Source: Klebsiella pneumoniae
GTDB taxonomy: Bacteria > Desulfobacterota > Binatia > UBA12015
DNA length: 64,000 nucleotides
NCBI GenBank assembly: GCA_945872365.1
Contig: CAMBZJ010000003.1
Coordinates: forward strand, 7,301-71,300
Direction of reading: 5' to 3'
A model generated the notes under the pieces. The model did no database searches. It saw nothing but the letters and a program-made list of their open reading frames with translations, and was not told where the DNA came from. Position numbers and translations under genes: made by a program. Positions 43,763-54,291 of the stretch are shown piece after piece (positions within the stretch are counted from its first letter, which is position 1; every line of letters begins with the position of its first letter).

Positions 43763-44680
43763 ATGCCGCCCCGCCTGCCACGCGAAAAACTCATCCCCTC
43801 GGTGCGCCGACTGTTGCGCCCCCTGGTCCGCCGACTCCTGCACTGGGAGATCACCTACCCGGTGCTCGACGACATCCTCCGTTCGCTCTTCGTCGAGGTG
43901 GCGGCGACCGACTTCGCGCTCCCGCACAAGCATCCGACCGACAGCCGCATCTCCCTGGTGACCGGGATCCACCGCAAGGAAGTCGCACGCCTGCGCGAAC
44001 TCCCCGCGCTCGAGCGGGCCTCGCTTCGACTCGAGGAGACGATCGTCACCCGGGTGATCGGCCGCTGGATGGCGGGGCCTCCCTATGCCGACCGCCAGCA
44101 CCGCGCGAAGCCGCTTCCTTACGAGGTGACCGGATCCCGCCAGTCGAGCTTCTCCCGTCTGGTCGGCGAGGCCGGCTTCGACGGCCCGGTGCGTTCGGTG
44201 CTCGACGAGATGCTGCGCAGCGGCGCGGTCGTCATGTCCGACGACGGTCGCGTGGAACTCGTCCGGGAGGCCAACATCTCGGTGCGCGGCGTCGAGGGCA
44301 AGCTCGAGTTGCTCGGAAGCGATCCGGGCGAGATCTTCGACACCATCGTCCACAACCTGGAGTCGCCGGGCGAACCCTGGTTCCACCGCAAGGTCGTCTA
44401 CGACAACATCGGTGCCGACTCGCTCCCCGACCTGCGGCGCGACACCGGGGTCGCGGGCGAGTCGCTCATCCGGGAGGCCAACGCGCTGCTCGCCGCGCGC
44501 GACCGGGACCGCAACCCGGAAGCCCCGGGAGGCCGCCGCTCGCGCGTCGTCGTCGCCACCTACTACTTCGAGGAGCCGCTGGAGCCCGCCGCGCCCGGCG
44601 AAGCCGCCGCCACGACGGCGCCCGGGCGACTGCCGGGGCGCATCACGCGCGCCAGGGACGCCCTTCGGGGAGCGAAATGA
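43763..44680 (+). CDS. hypothetical regulator-like protein (possible HTH: SRISLVTGIHRKEVARL)
   Basis: The ATG at ~43763 gives MPPRLPREKLIPSVRRLL... The stop overlaps the downstream lipoprotein start as ATGA. A 450-nt structured leader lies upstream. Confidence 0.45.
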   Translation: MPPRLPREKLIPSVRRLLRPLVRRLLHWEITYPVLDDILRSLFVEVAATDFALPHKHPTDSRISLVTGIHRKEVARLRELPALERASLRLEETIVTRVIGRWMAGPPYADRQHRAKPLPYEVTGSRQSSFSRLVGEAGFDGPVRSVLDEMLRSGAVVMSDDGRVELVREANISVRGVEGKLELLGSDPGEIFDTIVHNLESPGEPWFHRKVVYDNIGADSLPDLRRDTGVAGESLIREANALLAARDRDRNPEAPGGRRSRVVVATYYFEEPLEPAAPGEAAATTAPGRLPGRITRARDALRGAK

Positions 44681-45870
44681 GGACGCCCGCAACGAACCTG
44701 CTCGCACTCCTGCTCATGGTCGCCGCTGCGGACGGATGCGACGGCGGCCCGATCGGGACCGGAATCGTCGCGTCGGTGTCGGGAAACGTCGAGAGCGTGA
44801 CCGGAGCAGCGGCGGGTACGCTCGACGCCGCGAGGAGCGACGGCGTGCGCGGCTTCGCCCCGGGGGCGGTGACGGTGTCCATCGAGGGCGTCCCCGGCGC
44901 GACCTCGCCCGTCGACGAGGCGGGAAACTTCGCGATCGTCGGCGAGTTCTCGGGGCGCGTCGCACTGCGCTTCGAGACGCCGGCATGGTCGGTCCGGCGC
45001 AAGGTCGAAGTCCCCTCGGGGGCGATCGTCGTCCTCTCCGACATCGTCCTCACGCCGGACGGGATCTGGGCCGACTCCGGTCGCGACGTGGGATTCCTCG
45101 GCAAGGTCCGGCTCGTCGATTGCGCGGCCGGCCGGATCGACGTCGAGGACGTCGACGGCCCGAGGCGCGCCCCGATCGGCGTGATCCTCGACGGGGACAC
45201 GGCCGTCACTGGTGGCGACGGAAGCCCCGCCGACTGCGCCTCGATCGCGCCGGGCGCGCGCGTCGTCGTCGAGGGCCGCTTCGACGCGGAGACCGGCGAC
45301 GGCGAGACCCTTCTCGCGCAGTCGATCGCGATCTCGGACCGGCGGCCGGGCAAGGCGGAGGTATTGAACGGCGTGCGCTTCGCAGGCTTCCTCGACTCGG
45401 TGAACTGCCCGGGTGGCGTCCTCGCCGTCTCCGACGAGGAGCAGCGCAGCCACGTCCGGATCGACGCCGCGACCGAGCTGCGCAGGAGCGACGGCCGGCG
45501 CATCGACTGCAGGGAACTCGCGCTCGGCGACCGCCTGCACGGAGCGGGGCGCCTGCGCGTGGACGACCCGGGGACGATCGCCGCTACCGACCTCGTCGCC
45601 GACGTGTCCAAGGTGGGCAAGGTCGACGTGCGCCTGACGGGACGGATCGACGCCGTCGACTGCGCGACCGGCCGCCTGCTGCTCGACGACCGCGGCACGC
45701 CGAGCACGGTCCAACTGCTCGCCGACACCGTGCTCGAACCCCGGGTCGCCTGCGAAGCGATCCCGCTCGGCGGATGGGCGCGCGGCCGCGGCCGCATCGA
45801 CCGCGCAAGGCCGAACGACGCAATCCCGGCCCGCCGCCTCTCGCTCTGGAAGCCCGGCGCGCCCGACTGA
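44677..45870 (+). CDS. secreted (probable lipo)protein built of ~40-aa Cys-containing beta-rich repeats
   Basis: The product has a signal peptide (LLALLLMVAAADGC) and at least six repeats of the form G.V.L.D.(D/N)C..G.I.V.D.D / ...G..DC..... This resembles DUF5666-type repeated domains. Confidence 0.55.
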   Translation: MRTPATNLLALLLMVAAADGCDGGPIGTGIVASVSGNVESVTGAAAGTLDAARSDGVRGFAPGAVTVSIEGVPGATSPVDEAGNFAIVGEFSGRVALRFETPAWSVRRKVEVPSGAIVVLSDIVLTPDGIWADSGRDVGFLGKVRLVDCAAGRIDVEDVDGPRRAPIGVILDGDTAVTGGDGSPADCASIAPGARVVVEGRFDAETGDGETLLAQSIAISDRRPGKAEVLNGVRFAGFLDSVNCPGGVLAVSDEEQRSHVRIDAATELRRSDGRRIDCRELALGDRLHGAGRLRVDDPGTIAATDLVADVSKVGKVDVRLTGRIDAVDCATGRLLLDDRGTPSTVQLLADTVLEPRVACEAIPLGGWARGRGRIDRARPNDAIPARRLSLWKPGAPD

Positions 45871-45982
45871 AGTCGCGCCTCGATCAGCGCAGCGAAGGAG
45901 CCCGATCGACCTCCGCTCCGGCGGCGACGGCGTCGAAGACATCGCGGCGACGCGGTCGCGACGCGGGAACGCCGGCCAATTC

Positions 45983-46038
45983 CCCTTTCTCTGCACGCAG
46001 AAAGGGGCCTGCGACCGCGATCGCCGGCCCCTTTCTGC
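45983..46038. terminator. convergent-gene terminator region with three copies of a 9-12-nt arm (CCCCTTTCT / AGAAAGGGG / CCCCTTTCTGCG) able to form two mutually exclusive hairpins
   Basis: Read from the sequence between the lipoprotein stop (45870) and the ftsZ stop (46066). The elements are cccctttct (45983-91), agaaagggg (45999-46007) and cccctttctgcg (46027-38). No long U-tract follows. Confidence 0.35.
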
Positions 46039-46065
46039 GTCTCCTGCCGCCCGGGAACGAGCCGC

Positions 46066-47331
46066 TCAGTCAGCCTGCTTCCGCAGGAACGTCGGGATGT
46101 CGTACTCCGACTCGTCCTCGACCATGCTCCCGCCGCGGGCCGTCGCCTCTTCCTCGGGGCTCTCGTCGGCCTTGCGGCGATGCCATACCGGGTTTTCGCC
46201 GTCGTCGACGATGGTGCCCATCTTTACCACCCGGCGCGGTCCGTACTCGCGACCGAGGCCGCGAGCCACCGTGCCCTGGACGATCGGGACCGGGCCGCGA
46301 CGCGCATCGGCCGGCTGCGCCGCCTGCGCGGTCATGCGATCCGCCGGCGCCTGCACCTTCATGCGATCCGCCTCGCCGAACCCGGTCGCGATGACCGTGA
46401 TCCGCAACTGGTCGCCCATCGACTCGTCGATCACCGCACCGAAGATGATGTTCGCATCGTCGTCGGCCTCCTCCTGGATGAGGGTCGCCGCCTCATTGAC
46501 CTCGTGCAGCGTGAGGTCGGGGCCGCCGGTGATGTTGATCAGCACGCCGCGCGCGCCCTGGATCGAGATGTCGTCGAGCAGCGGCGAGGAGATCGCGCGC
46601 TGCGCTGCTTCGATGGCCCGGTTCTCGCCCGAGGCGATCGCGGCACCCATCATCGCCATGCCCATCTCGCTCATGATCGTTCGCACGTCGGCGAAGTCGA
46701 GGTTGATCAGGCCGTGCACGGTGATCAGGTCGGAGATGCCGCGCACCGCCTGGAGGAGCACGTCGTCGGCTTTCTTGAAGGTCTCCATGATCGGCATGTT
46801 GCGGCCGGAGACCGAGAGGAGGCGCTGGTTGGGAATCGTGATGAGCGTGTCCACGGTCCGCTTGAGTGCCTGGATGCCCTCCTCGGCCTGCATCATGCGG
46901 CGCTTGCCCTCGAAGATGAAGGGCTTCGTGACGACGCCCACGGTGAGGGCACCGAGTTCACGAGCGGTCTGCGCGATCACCGGTGCGCCACCGGTTCCGG
47001 TACCACCGCCCATGCCCGCGGTGACGAAGACCATGTCCGCGCCGAGCAGCAGGTCGCGGATCGTGTCCACGTCTTCGACCGCCGACTCGCGACCGACCGC
47101 CGGGTTCGCGCCTGCGCCGAGCCCCTTGGTGATCGACGTCCCGATCTGGAGTTTCACCGTCGCCAGGTTCGCGGCGAGCGCCTGCGCATCGGTGTTCGCG
47201 GCGATGAAATCCACCCCGGGCATGCCCGACTGGATCATCGTGTTCACGGCATTGCCGCCGCCACCACCCACGCCGACGACCTTGATGCGCGCTCCACCGT
47301 GTCCACCACCGCCGATCTTGTCCATCATCAC
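46066..47331 (-). CDS. ftsZ: cell division GTPase FtsZ
   Basis: The product has [11 protein letters not shown] and the tubulin signature GGGTGTG. It has an acidic C-terminal peptide ([11 protein letters not shown]). Confidence 0.95.
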   Translation of the reverse strand: MMMDKIGGGGHGGARIKVVGVGGGGGNAVNTMIQSGMPGVDFIAANTDAQALAANLATVKLQIGTSITKGLGAGANPAVGRESAVEDVDTIRDLLLGADMVFVTAGMGGGTGTGGAPVIAQTARELGALTVGVVTKPFIFEGKRRMMQAEEGIQALKRTVDTLITIPNQRLLSVSGRNMPIMETFKKADDVLLQAVRGISDLITVHGLINLDFADVRTIMSEMGMAMMGAAIASGENRAIEAAQRAISSPLLDDISIQGARGVLINITGGPDLTLHEVNEAATLIQEEADDDANIIFGAVIDESMGDQLRITVIATGFGEADRMKVQAPADRMTAQAAQPADARRGPVPIVQGTVARGLGREYGPRRVVKMGTIVDDGENPVWHRRKADESPEEEATARGGSMVEDESEYDIPTFLRKQAD

Positions 47332-47358
47332 CCCGCCTCCCCTCGTTGCCGTCCTTGC

Positions 47359-48588
47359 CTAGAAGAATTCGCGGATCCAGTCGGTCATCCGGCCCCTCAC
47401 CTTGGAGAGGACTCCGGCGCCCGCTTGTCCCGCCGTGATGGGCGCGCTCGACGCGCGCGCTGCGATCATGAGCAATCCAACCCCGGCCGAAGCCGCAGGG
47501 CCGCCGGCGACGTCCGCCAGACCCGCGACGTGCGCTGGTCCTGCGATCCGGACCGGCGCATCGAAGACCCGCTCGGTCAGCCGGTCGATGCCGACGAGAC
47601 CCGACGTGCCGCCGGTGAGCACGATGCCCGAGGCCAGGCTGCGCTCGGCCCCCGCGCGCAAGAGTTCCCGGGAAACCAGCGTCAGGATCTCCTCGATCCG
47701 CGGCTCGATGATCTCCGCCAGGATCTGGCGCGAGAGCACGCGCGGATCGCGGCCCCCGACGCTGGGCACCTCGATCGTCTCGTCGGAGGGAACCGAGGCC
47801 GCGATCGCCGCGCCGAAACGCTGCTTGAGCTTCTCAGCCTCGGCAGCCGGCGAGCGCAGCCCGGCGGCGATGTCGTTGGTCAACTGGCTGCCGGCAAGCC
47901 CCAGCACGGCGGTGTGTCGCACCGATCCACCGCGGTACACGATCACGTCGGTCGTGCCGCCGCCGATGTCGATGACGCAGGCGCCGAGGTCGCGCTCCTC
48001 GTCGGTGAGCACCGCCGTCGCCGAGGCGAGCGGCGAGACCACGACTTGGGAGACCGTGAGCCCGGCACGGTTGCAGCACTTGACGACGTTCGCCACCGCG
48101 GCGCTCGCGGCGGTGAGCACGTGCACGCGCGCCTCCAGTCGCACCCCGGACATGCCGAGCGGCTCGCTGATGCCGTCCTGCTCGTCGACGATGTATTCCT
48201 GCGGCAGGACGTGCAGCACCTCGCGATCGGCCGGGAGCGCCACCGCCCGCGCGGCGTCGAGCACGTGCTCGACGTCGGGGAGTCCGACCTCGCCGCTGCG
48301 CACCGGGACCATGCCGTGACTGTTGAAGCCGCGCACGTGGTTGCCGCTCAGCCCGACCACGACCGAGTGGATCTCGCAGTCCGCCATGGCCTCGGCCTCG
48401 CGGACGGCGCTCTCGATCGACTGCACGGTCGAGTCGATGTTGACGACGACGCCGCGGCGCAGACCCTGCGTCGGGGCGCTGCCGAAGCCGAGGACGCGCG
48501 GCGCGCCGTCCTCGATCGTCGCGACGAGGACGGCGGTCTTGTGGGTGCCGATGTCCAGCGCGACGTTGATTGCCTGTCTGCGCGCCAT
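47359..48588 (-). CDS. ftsA: cell division protein FtsA
   Basis: The ATG at 48588 gives MARRQAINVALDIGTHKTAVLVA... The product has an actin-like ATPase fold (DIGGGTTDV) and ends with an amphipathic WIREFF. Confidence 0.9.
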   Translation of the reverse strand: MARRQAINVALDIGTHKTAVLVATIEDGAPRVLGFGSAPTQGLRRGVVVNIDSTVQSIESAVREAEAMADCEIHSVVVGLSGNHVRGFNSHGMVPVRSGEVGLPDVEHVLDAARAVALPADREVLHVLPQEYIVDEQDGISEPLGMSGVRLEARVHVLTAASAAVANVVKCCNRAGLTVSQVVVSPLASATAVLTDEERDLGACVIDIGGGTTDVIVYRGGSVRHTAVLGLAGSQLTNDIAAGLRSPAAEAEKLKQRFGAAIAASVPSDETIEVPSVGGRDPRVLSRQILAEIIEPRIEEILTLVSRELLRAGAERSLASGIVLTGGTSGLVGIDRLTERVFDAPVRIAGPAHVAGLADVAGGPAASAGVGLLMIAARASSAPITAGQAGAGVLSKVRGRMTDWIREFF

Positions 48589-48602
48589 CGTCCCGGCCCC
48601 CC

Positions 48603-49691
48603 TCAGATGGTTCCGGCCGCGGCGGGCGCCGGGCTCCAGCGTGCGATGACCGAGTCCGGGTCGCGGACGTCGAGCATCCCGTCGAGCCGGACCGTGGCGG
48701 ACTGCTGCGTGGCAGCGACGGGCGGCGGCGGGACCACTGCTTCCGGCTTCCGGCCGGACTTCGTCGAGTGCGCCCGCGCGAGGGCGGCGGCTCGATCCGC
48801 GGCCGCGCGCGCCGGCTCGGTGCGCAGCCACTCCGCGCGGTGGTGGAGCACGGCGCGTACCGCTTCGATCTTGCGCTGCCAGTCGCCCCAGCCGAGCCGG
48901 ATCGTGAGACGACCGTCGCTCGAGTAGGCGATCAATTCGGGGCGACCGCTGCCGGGCGACTCCGATCGCAGCCCGATCTCGGAGACCGGAATGCCGGCCG
49001 CGCCGGCGTCGAGAAGGGTCGCCACGCGCACGGCCTGGCGGAGATCACCACGGGCCGGGAGCCACTCCGCGACGTCGCGCGCATCCTTGGCACCCGGACC
49101 GGCCCGATGCGCGGCGGGCGGCGGGGCGGGATGGTGCGCGGCCTTCCCGGGATCGCGGGCGTCCGGCTTCGCCGCGGCCGGCGACGTCGCGCCAGCCACC
49201 GACTCAGCCGGCAACGTCGCGCCGAGCGAGATGATCGGGAGGGCGACGTCGCGCAGCGGCTGCTCGTCGAAGACCACGCCCGAGCGATCGACGGGGAACG
49301 CATGCGAACCCTGCCGCAGCACCGCCCGCGGCGTCCGCTCGCGCACGAAGACGTGCAGGCGGTCCGGCCAGATGCGCCGGACGCTCGCGCGAGCGATGGC
49401 CGGTTTCTCCTCGAGTCGATGTTCCAGGACCCGTGGCGAAGCCGCCCAGATGCTACTTCCCTGCCCCATACCCAACCACACCAGCACCTGGGCCGTGTCG
49501 AGTCTCTCGAGGCCCTCCACCTCGATCTCGCGCACGGCGAAATAACGGTGACTCGTCAAGTAGCGCAAAACCGGCCCCGCTGTAAAGAAGATCGGGACCG
49601 CAGCGAGAAAAAAACCGACTGCACGACGCCGACGGGCGAGCGCCGCGGCCGCTTCGCTTGCCCCCGACCGGGCCCGGGTCCACCAGCCGAC
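48603..49691 (-). CDS. ftsQ: cell division protein FtsQ (POTRA-domain)
   Basis: The product has a TM segment (AVGFFLAAVPIFFTAGPVL) and a POTRA domain (FAVREIEVEGLERLDTAQVLVWLG). Its C-terminus is Pro/Ala-rich. The start codon is uncertain. Confidence 0.7.
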   Translation of the reverse strand, partial: VGWWTRARSGASEAAAALARRRRAVGFFLAAVPIFFTAGPVLRYLTSHRYFAVREIEVEGLERLDTAQVLVWLGMGQGSSIWAASPRVLEHRLEEKPAIARASVRRIWPDRLHVFVRERTPRAVLRQGSHAFPVDRSGVVFDEQPLRDVALPIISLGATLPAESVAGATSPAAAKPDARDPGKAAHHPAPPPAAHRAGPGAKDARDVAEWLPARGDLRQAVRVATLLDAGAAGIPVSEIGLRSESPGSGRPELIAYSSDGRLTIRLGWGDWQRKIEAVRAVLHHRAEWLRTEPARAAADRAAALARAHSTKSGRKPEAVVPPPPVAATQQSATVRLDGMLDVRDPDSVIARWSPAPAAAGTI

Positions 49692-49753
49692 GCTCCTCCT
49701 CCTCCGGCCACGGGTCGACCGGGTGCGCGTCGCGCGGGCCCTCACCGAGGGCG

Positions 49754-50710
49754 TCACGCGACACCCCCGCGGCGGGTTTCCCGAACGTGCAGGTCGGCTC
49801 GGTCGAGGATCGTTTCGATCAGGTCGGGAAAGGCGATGCCGGCGTGCTGCGCCATCTTGGGGAACCAACCGAGTTCATGGAGCCCGGGCAGCGTATTGCA
49901 CTCCAGCACGAAGGCCGCGCCGTCGTCGCGGACGCGCAGGTCGACGCGGCCGTAAGGCCCGGCCACGAGCGCCCGATGCGCCGCGAGCGCCACGTCCAGA
50001 GTCGCCTGGTAGCCGTCGCCGAGCGGCGCCGGCAGCCGGAATTCCTCCCGCCCGGGCGTGTACTTCACCTCGTAGGAGTGCATCTCGTCACCGAGCGGCA
50101 CGACCTCCATCGCGGCGAGGGCGCGGTCGTCGAGGATGGCGACCGTCACCTCGCGTCCCGCGACATAGGCCTCGACGATGACGTCGTCGTCGAAGCGCCG
50201 CGCCTCGGCAGCCGCGGCGGCGGCCTCGTTTGCGTCGTGCGCGATCGAGACACCGTTGCTCGATCCCTCGCCGCGCGGCTTGAACACCAGCGGGTACGGA
50301 GCGGGGCGGACTCCCGGGTCGTCGTCGTGAGCAAGCAGTGCTGCGGCTGCGGTCGGGACGCCGCTCGCACGCAGCATCTGCTTGCTGGTCCACTTGTCCA
50401 TCGCGACCGAACTGCCGAGCACGCCGGCCCCGGTGTACGGGATGGCCATCGTCTCGAGCAGTCCCTGGATGCAGCCGTCCTCGCCGTAGCGCCCGTGGAG
50501 TGCGTTGAAGGCGACCTCCACACGCGCCTCGCGCAAAGCGCGCGCGATGTCTCGGCCGACGTCGATCGCGGCGACGTCGTATCCTCGCGTGCGCAAGACC
50601 GCCTCGACGGCGCTCGCGCTGCGCAGCGAGATCTCCCTCTCGGAGGAGAGACCGCCTCTCAGGATTCCGATGCGACGGCCGCGATGGCGGCCGCTGACCC
50701 CGCTCTCCAT
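49754..50710 (-). CDS. ddl: D-alanine--D-alanine ligase
   Basis: The product has ATP-grasp Ddl motifs (IGILRGGLSSEREISLRS, VLHGRYGEDG-like ALHGRYGEDGCIQGLLE, VKP-like FKPRGEGSS). Confidence 0.9.
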   Translation of the reverse strand: MESGVSGRHRGRRIGILRGGLSSEREISLRSASAVEAVLRTRGYDVAAIDVGRDIARALREARVEVAFNALHGRYGEDGCIQGLLETMAIPYTGAGVLGSSVAMDKWTSKQMLRASGVPTAAAALLAHDDDPGVRPAPYPLVFKPRGEGSSNGVSIAHDANEAAAAAAEARRFDDDVIVEAYVAGREVTVAILDDRALAAMEVVPLGDEMHSYEVKYTPGREEFRLPAPLGDGYQATLDVALAAHRALVAGPYGRVDLRVRDDGAAFVLECNTLPGLHELGWFPKMAQHAGIAFPDLIETILDRADLHVRETRRGGVA

Positions 50711-50752
50711 CTCCTCACCACCCCCACACCCCCGACGGCACCCAGGCCACCC

Positions 50753-51712
50753 TCATACGACAGGACGGCCTCCAGTCCAAGATCCCCTGCCCCAATCTCC
50801 GACCAATTTCACCTCGGGCTGGAGAAAGACCCCCCGCCTCCGCCAGACGGCGTCCCGGACCCGCTCCATGAGTTCTCGAACCTCGGCCGCACGGGCCCCG
50901 CCGAGATTCAGGATGAAGTTGCCGTGCTTCGGAGCGATCTGGGCCTGGCCGATGCGCAGTCCGCGCAGCCCGACCAGTTGGATCAAGCGGCCCGCGAAGT
51001 CCCCGGGCGGGTTCTTGAAGACCGACCCCGCATTGGGGAACCCGACGGGCTGGTGGCGCCCGCGACGGCCACGAGACTCGGCCGCCCGGGCCGCAATCGC
51101 CGACGGGTCGCCCGGGACGAGGGCCATGTGGACGGCGGTGACGGCGAAGCCCGCCGGCAGCGCGAGCTTGCGGTAGGAGAAGGAGAGTTGGTCGCGCGAC
51201 AGCCTGACCGCCGAACCCTCGCGATCGACTCCCTCGAGCGCCTCGACGACCCCGGAGATCTCGCCGCCGAAGGCGCCTGCGTTCATCAGGATCCCCCCGC
51301 CGACGGTTCCCGGGATGCCCTCGGCGAACTCGAGGCCCTCGAGTCCGCGTTCGATCGTCTCGAGGACCAGGCGCTTCAGGTTCGCGGCACCGCCGACCGC
51401 GATGCGTACCCGTCCGCCCTCCTCCGTCCAGCGGGTGGCGGCGAAACTGCGCCCGAGCTTGATCGTCACGCCGCGGACGCCGCGGTCGGAGACGACGAGA
51501 TTGGTTCCGCCGCCGAGCAGGAAGACCGGCAGCCCGCGGCACCGCGCGAAGCGGATCCGCGCGGCGAGTTCGTCGGTGTTCTCGACCTCGAAGAACAGGT
51601 CCGCCGGCCCGCCGACCCGCATCGAGGTGTGCCGGGAAAGCGGTTCGTCGCGGCGCAGACCGCGCTCCTCGGCTGGCGGCCCGGCCTTCGAGAGCGCGCC
51701 GGCCGGAGTCAC
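50753..51712 (-). CDS. murB: UDP-N-acetylenolpyruvoylglucosamine reductase
   Basis: The product has an FAD-binding PCMH domain ([22 protein letters not shown]) and the MurB C-terminal domain. Confidence 0.9.
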   Translation of the reverse strand: MTPAGALSKAGPPAEERGLRRDEPLSRHTSMRVGGPADLFFEVENTDELAARIRFARCRGLPVFLLGGGTNLVVSDRGVRGVTIKLGRSFAATRWTEEGGRVRIAVGGAANLKRLVLETIERGLEGLEFAEGIPGTVGGGILMNAGAFGGEISGVVEALEGVDREGSAVRLSRDQLSFSYRKLALPAGFAVTAVHMALVPGDPSAIAARAAESRGRRGRHQPVGFPNAGSVFKNPPGDFAGRLIQLVGLRGLRIGQAQIAPKHGNFILNLGGARAAEVRELMERVRDAVWRRRGVFLQPEVKLVGDWGRGSWTGGRPVV

Positions 51713-53148
51713 TTCACCCTGCGGACATGGTCCGGGCGCCCGCCGCGCAGCGCCGTCAGCAGTTCGGGACCGGTCTTGATGATGTCGCCGGCGCCGAGCA
51801 GCAGCACGACGTCGCCCTCGCGAGCCTCGTCGGCGAGGCGCTCGGCGAGCGCCGCTCGGTCGGGGACGAAGCGGACGTCGGCATGGCCCCGCGCCGCGAG
51901 GGCATGGGCGAGCGCCGCACCGGTCGCACCCTCGACGGGATCCTCCCCCGCAGCGTAGACCTCGGTCAGGAAGAGCACGTCGGCGTCGTCGAAGGCGTCG
52001 AGGAAGTCGTGGAAGAGGTCGCGCGTGCGGCTGAAGCGATGCGGCTGGAAGGCGACCAGGCGGCGGCGCGGCAGCGCCTCGCGCGCCGCGCGCAGCGTCA
52101 CCCGGACCTCCTCGGGATGGTGGCCGTAGTCGTCGATGACAAGCACGCCCCGCACCTCGCCGCGCTGCTCGAAGCGGCGGTGGATGCCGGTAAAGCCGGC
52201 GAGCGCGCGCGCCGCGCTTGCGAACGGCACCCCCACCTCCGCACCAGCTGCGATCGTGGCGAGCGCGTTCTGCGCGACGTGCCGTCCGGGCATGCGGATC
52301 TCAACCGGGCCCAGTTCCTGTCCGCCGCGCAGCGCGGTGAAGCGGGTACTGAAGCCTTCGACGACCAGGTCCCGGGCGCTGACCTCGGCATCGGGCGAGA
52401 GCCCGTAGGTGACGTAGCGCTTGCGCACGCGGGGCAGCAGGGCCCGCACGCGCGGGCTGTCGATGCAGAGGATCGAGGCACCGTAGAACGGGACCCGGTT
52501 CACGAATTCGAGAAAAGCGTCGGCCGCCCGCTCGACGTCGCCGTAGTGGTCGAGGTGTTCGGCGTCGATATTCGTCACCACCGCGATCGTCGGCGACAGC
52601 AGGAGGAAGGTCCCGTCGCTCTCGTCGGCCTCGACGACCATGTAGTCGCCGAGTCCGAGCCGCGCGTTCGAGCCCAGCGAGAGCACCTTGCCACCGATGA
52701 CGACGGTCGGATCGAGACCCCCGCCCGAGAGCACCGCGGCGAGCAGCGACGTCGTCGTCGTCTTGCCGTGCGTGCCGGCGACCGCGAGTCCGTATTTCAC
52801 GCGCATGAGTTCGGCCAGCATCTCGGCCCGCGGGATGACCGGGATGTGCAGGTCGCGCGCGCGGGCGACTTCCGGATTCGAAAACTTGACCGCCGACGAG
52901 ATCACGACGACGTCCACCGCCTCGCCGACGTGGCCCGGGTCGTGACCGTAAAAGATGCGGGCGCCGAGCCCCTGCAGCCGCTCGCTGGTCTCGCTGCGCG
53001 CGAGGTCCGAGCCGCTCACGGCATAGCCCATGCTGAGCAGGATCTCGGCAATGCCGCTCATGCCGATGCCGCCGATCCCGACGAAATGGATGTGGTGTCG
53101 TCCGCCGCGCACGGACGGCCTCATACCGCCCCGGGCGGCCTCCTGCAC
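51709..53148 (-). CDS. murC: UDP-N-acetylmuramate--L-alanine ligase
   Basis: The product has the motifs [27 protein letters not shown] and the Mur ligase central and C-terminal domains. Confidence 0.9.
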   Translation of the reverse strand: MQEAARGGMRPSVRGGRHHIHFVGIGGIGMSGIAEILLSMGYAVSGSDLARSETSERLQGLGARIFYGHDPGHVGEAVDVVVISSAVKFSNPEVARARDLHIPVIPRAEMLAELMRVKYGLAVAGTHGKTTTTSLLAAVLSGGGLDPTVVIGGKVLSLGSNARLGLGDYMVVEADESDGTFLLLSPTIAVVTNIDAEHLDHYGDVERAADAFLEFVNRVPFYGASILCIDSPRVRALLPRVRKRYVTYGLSPDAEVSARDLVVEGFSTRFTALRGGQELGPVEIRMPGRHVAQNALATIAAGAEVGVPFASAARALAGFTGIHRRFEQRGEVRGVLVIDDYGHHPEEVRVTLRAAREALPRRRLVAFQPHRFSRTRDLFHDFLDAFDDADVLFLTEVYAAGEDPVEGATGAALAHALAARGHADVRFVPDRAALAERLADEAREGDVVLLLGAGDIIKTGPELLTALRGGRPDHVRRVK

Positions 53149-53193
53149 CCCGGCGTCCGGCCCGGACGTACCGCGCGCCGAGACCGGGCGGGA

Positions 53194-54291
53194 CTAGGCG
53201 CGGCCGAGCACCCGCAGGCACTCGTCGGCGACGCGTGCCGCCGCGTCGGGGTGGCCGAGTTCGCGGGCGCGCCGACGCAGCTCGCCGGTCGCGACCGGAT
53301 CGTCGATCGCCCGGCGCAGGAGCACCGCGAGCCCGTCCTCGTCGAGTTCTCGATCGAGGACCATCCACGCCGCGCCCGCATCGACGAGCGTCTGGCCGTT
53401 CAGGCGCTGGTGGTCGCCCGCCGCGAACGGGAAGGGCACCAGGATCGCCGCCTTGCCGAGGGCCGTGAGTTCGGAGATCGTCGTCGCGCCCGCGCGACAG
53501 ACGACCAGGTCCGCGCGGCCGTAGGCCGATGACATGTCGTCGATGAACTCGCGCACGACGGCGTCGAGTCCCTTCGCGCGGTAGGCCTCCTCCACCGCCG
53601 CCCGATCGGTCTTGCCGGTCTGGTGTTCGATCGCGAGCGGTCGCCCGACGCGCGCGAGCGCCCCTGGCAGCACCGTGTTGAGCCGGTGCGCGCCCCCGCT
53701 GCCGCCGAACACGAGCACCCGGAATCGCCCATAGGCGTCGGGCGCGGCAGCCTCGGCACGTCCCGCCGTGGCCGCGAAATCACGCACCGGGTTCCCGGTG
53801 ACGACGGCGCGGCGGCCGAGTCCGGCCGCGGTCGCGGGAAACGTGACGCACACCCGGCTCGCGAATGGCGCGAGCACCCGGGTCGCGAGTCCGGGCGCCG
53901 CATTCTGCTCCAGCAGCACGATCGGGATGCGGCTCGCAGCCGCCGCGGCGACCGCGGGGAAGGAGGCGTAGCCGCCGACGCCGACCACGAGGTCCGGCCG
54001 ACGCGCTCGCAGCACCCGCCGGGCCCCGAGGAGACTCGACGCGACGCGACCGATCCCGCGGGCGATCTCCGCCGGGCCGCGACCGCGCAGCCCGCGCACC
54101 GGCAGGAGGTCCACCTCGAAGCCGGCGGCCGGCACCGCATGGCACTCGATCCCGTAGTCGCTGCCGACGAAGGACACCGCCGCATCGGTACGCCGGCGCA
54201 GTTCCTGGGCGACGGCGATCCCCGGGAACAGGTGCCCGCCCGTCCCCCCACCTGCGATCAGAACGCGCAGCACGTTCGACTCAGCGCGCAT
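53194..54291 (-). CDS. murG: undecaprenyldiphospho-muramoylpentapeptide beta-N-acetylglucosaminyltransferase
   Basis: The product is a GT28 glycosyltransferase with the motifs IAGGGTGGHLFPGIAVA, GGYAS and GAGTTISELTALGKAAILVP. Confidence 0.9.
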   Translation of the reverse strand: MRAESNVLRVLIAGGGTGGHLFPGIAVAQELRRRTDAAVSFVGSDYGIECHAVPAAGFEVDLLPVRGLRGRGPAEIARGIGRVASSLLGARRVLRARRPDLVVGVGGYASFPAVAAAAASRIPIVLLEQNAAPGLATRVLAPFASRVCVTFPATAAGLGRRAVVTGNPVRDFAATAGRAEAAAPDAYGRFRVLVFGGSGGAHRLNTVLPGALARVGRPLAIEHQTGKTDRAAVEEAYRAKGLDAVVREFIDDMSSAYGRADLVVCRAGATTISELTALGKAAILVPFPFAAGDHQRLNGQTLVDAGAAWMVLDRELDEDGLAVLLRRAIDDPVATGELRRRARELGHPDAAARVADECLRVLGRA

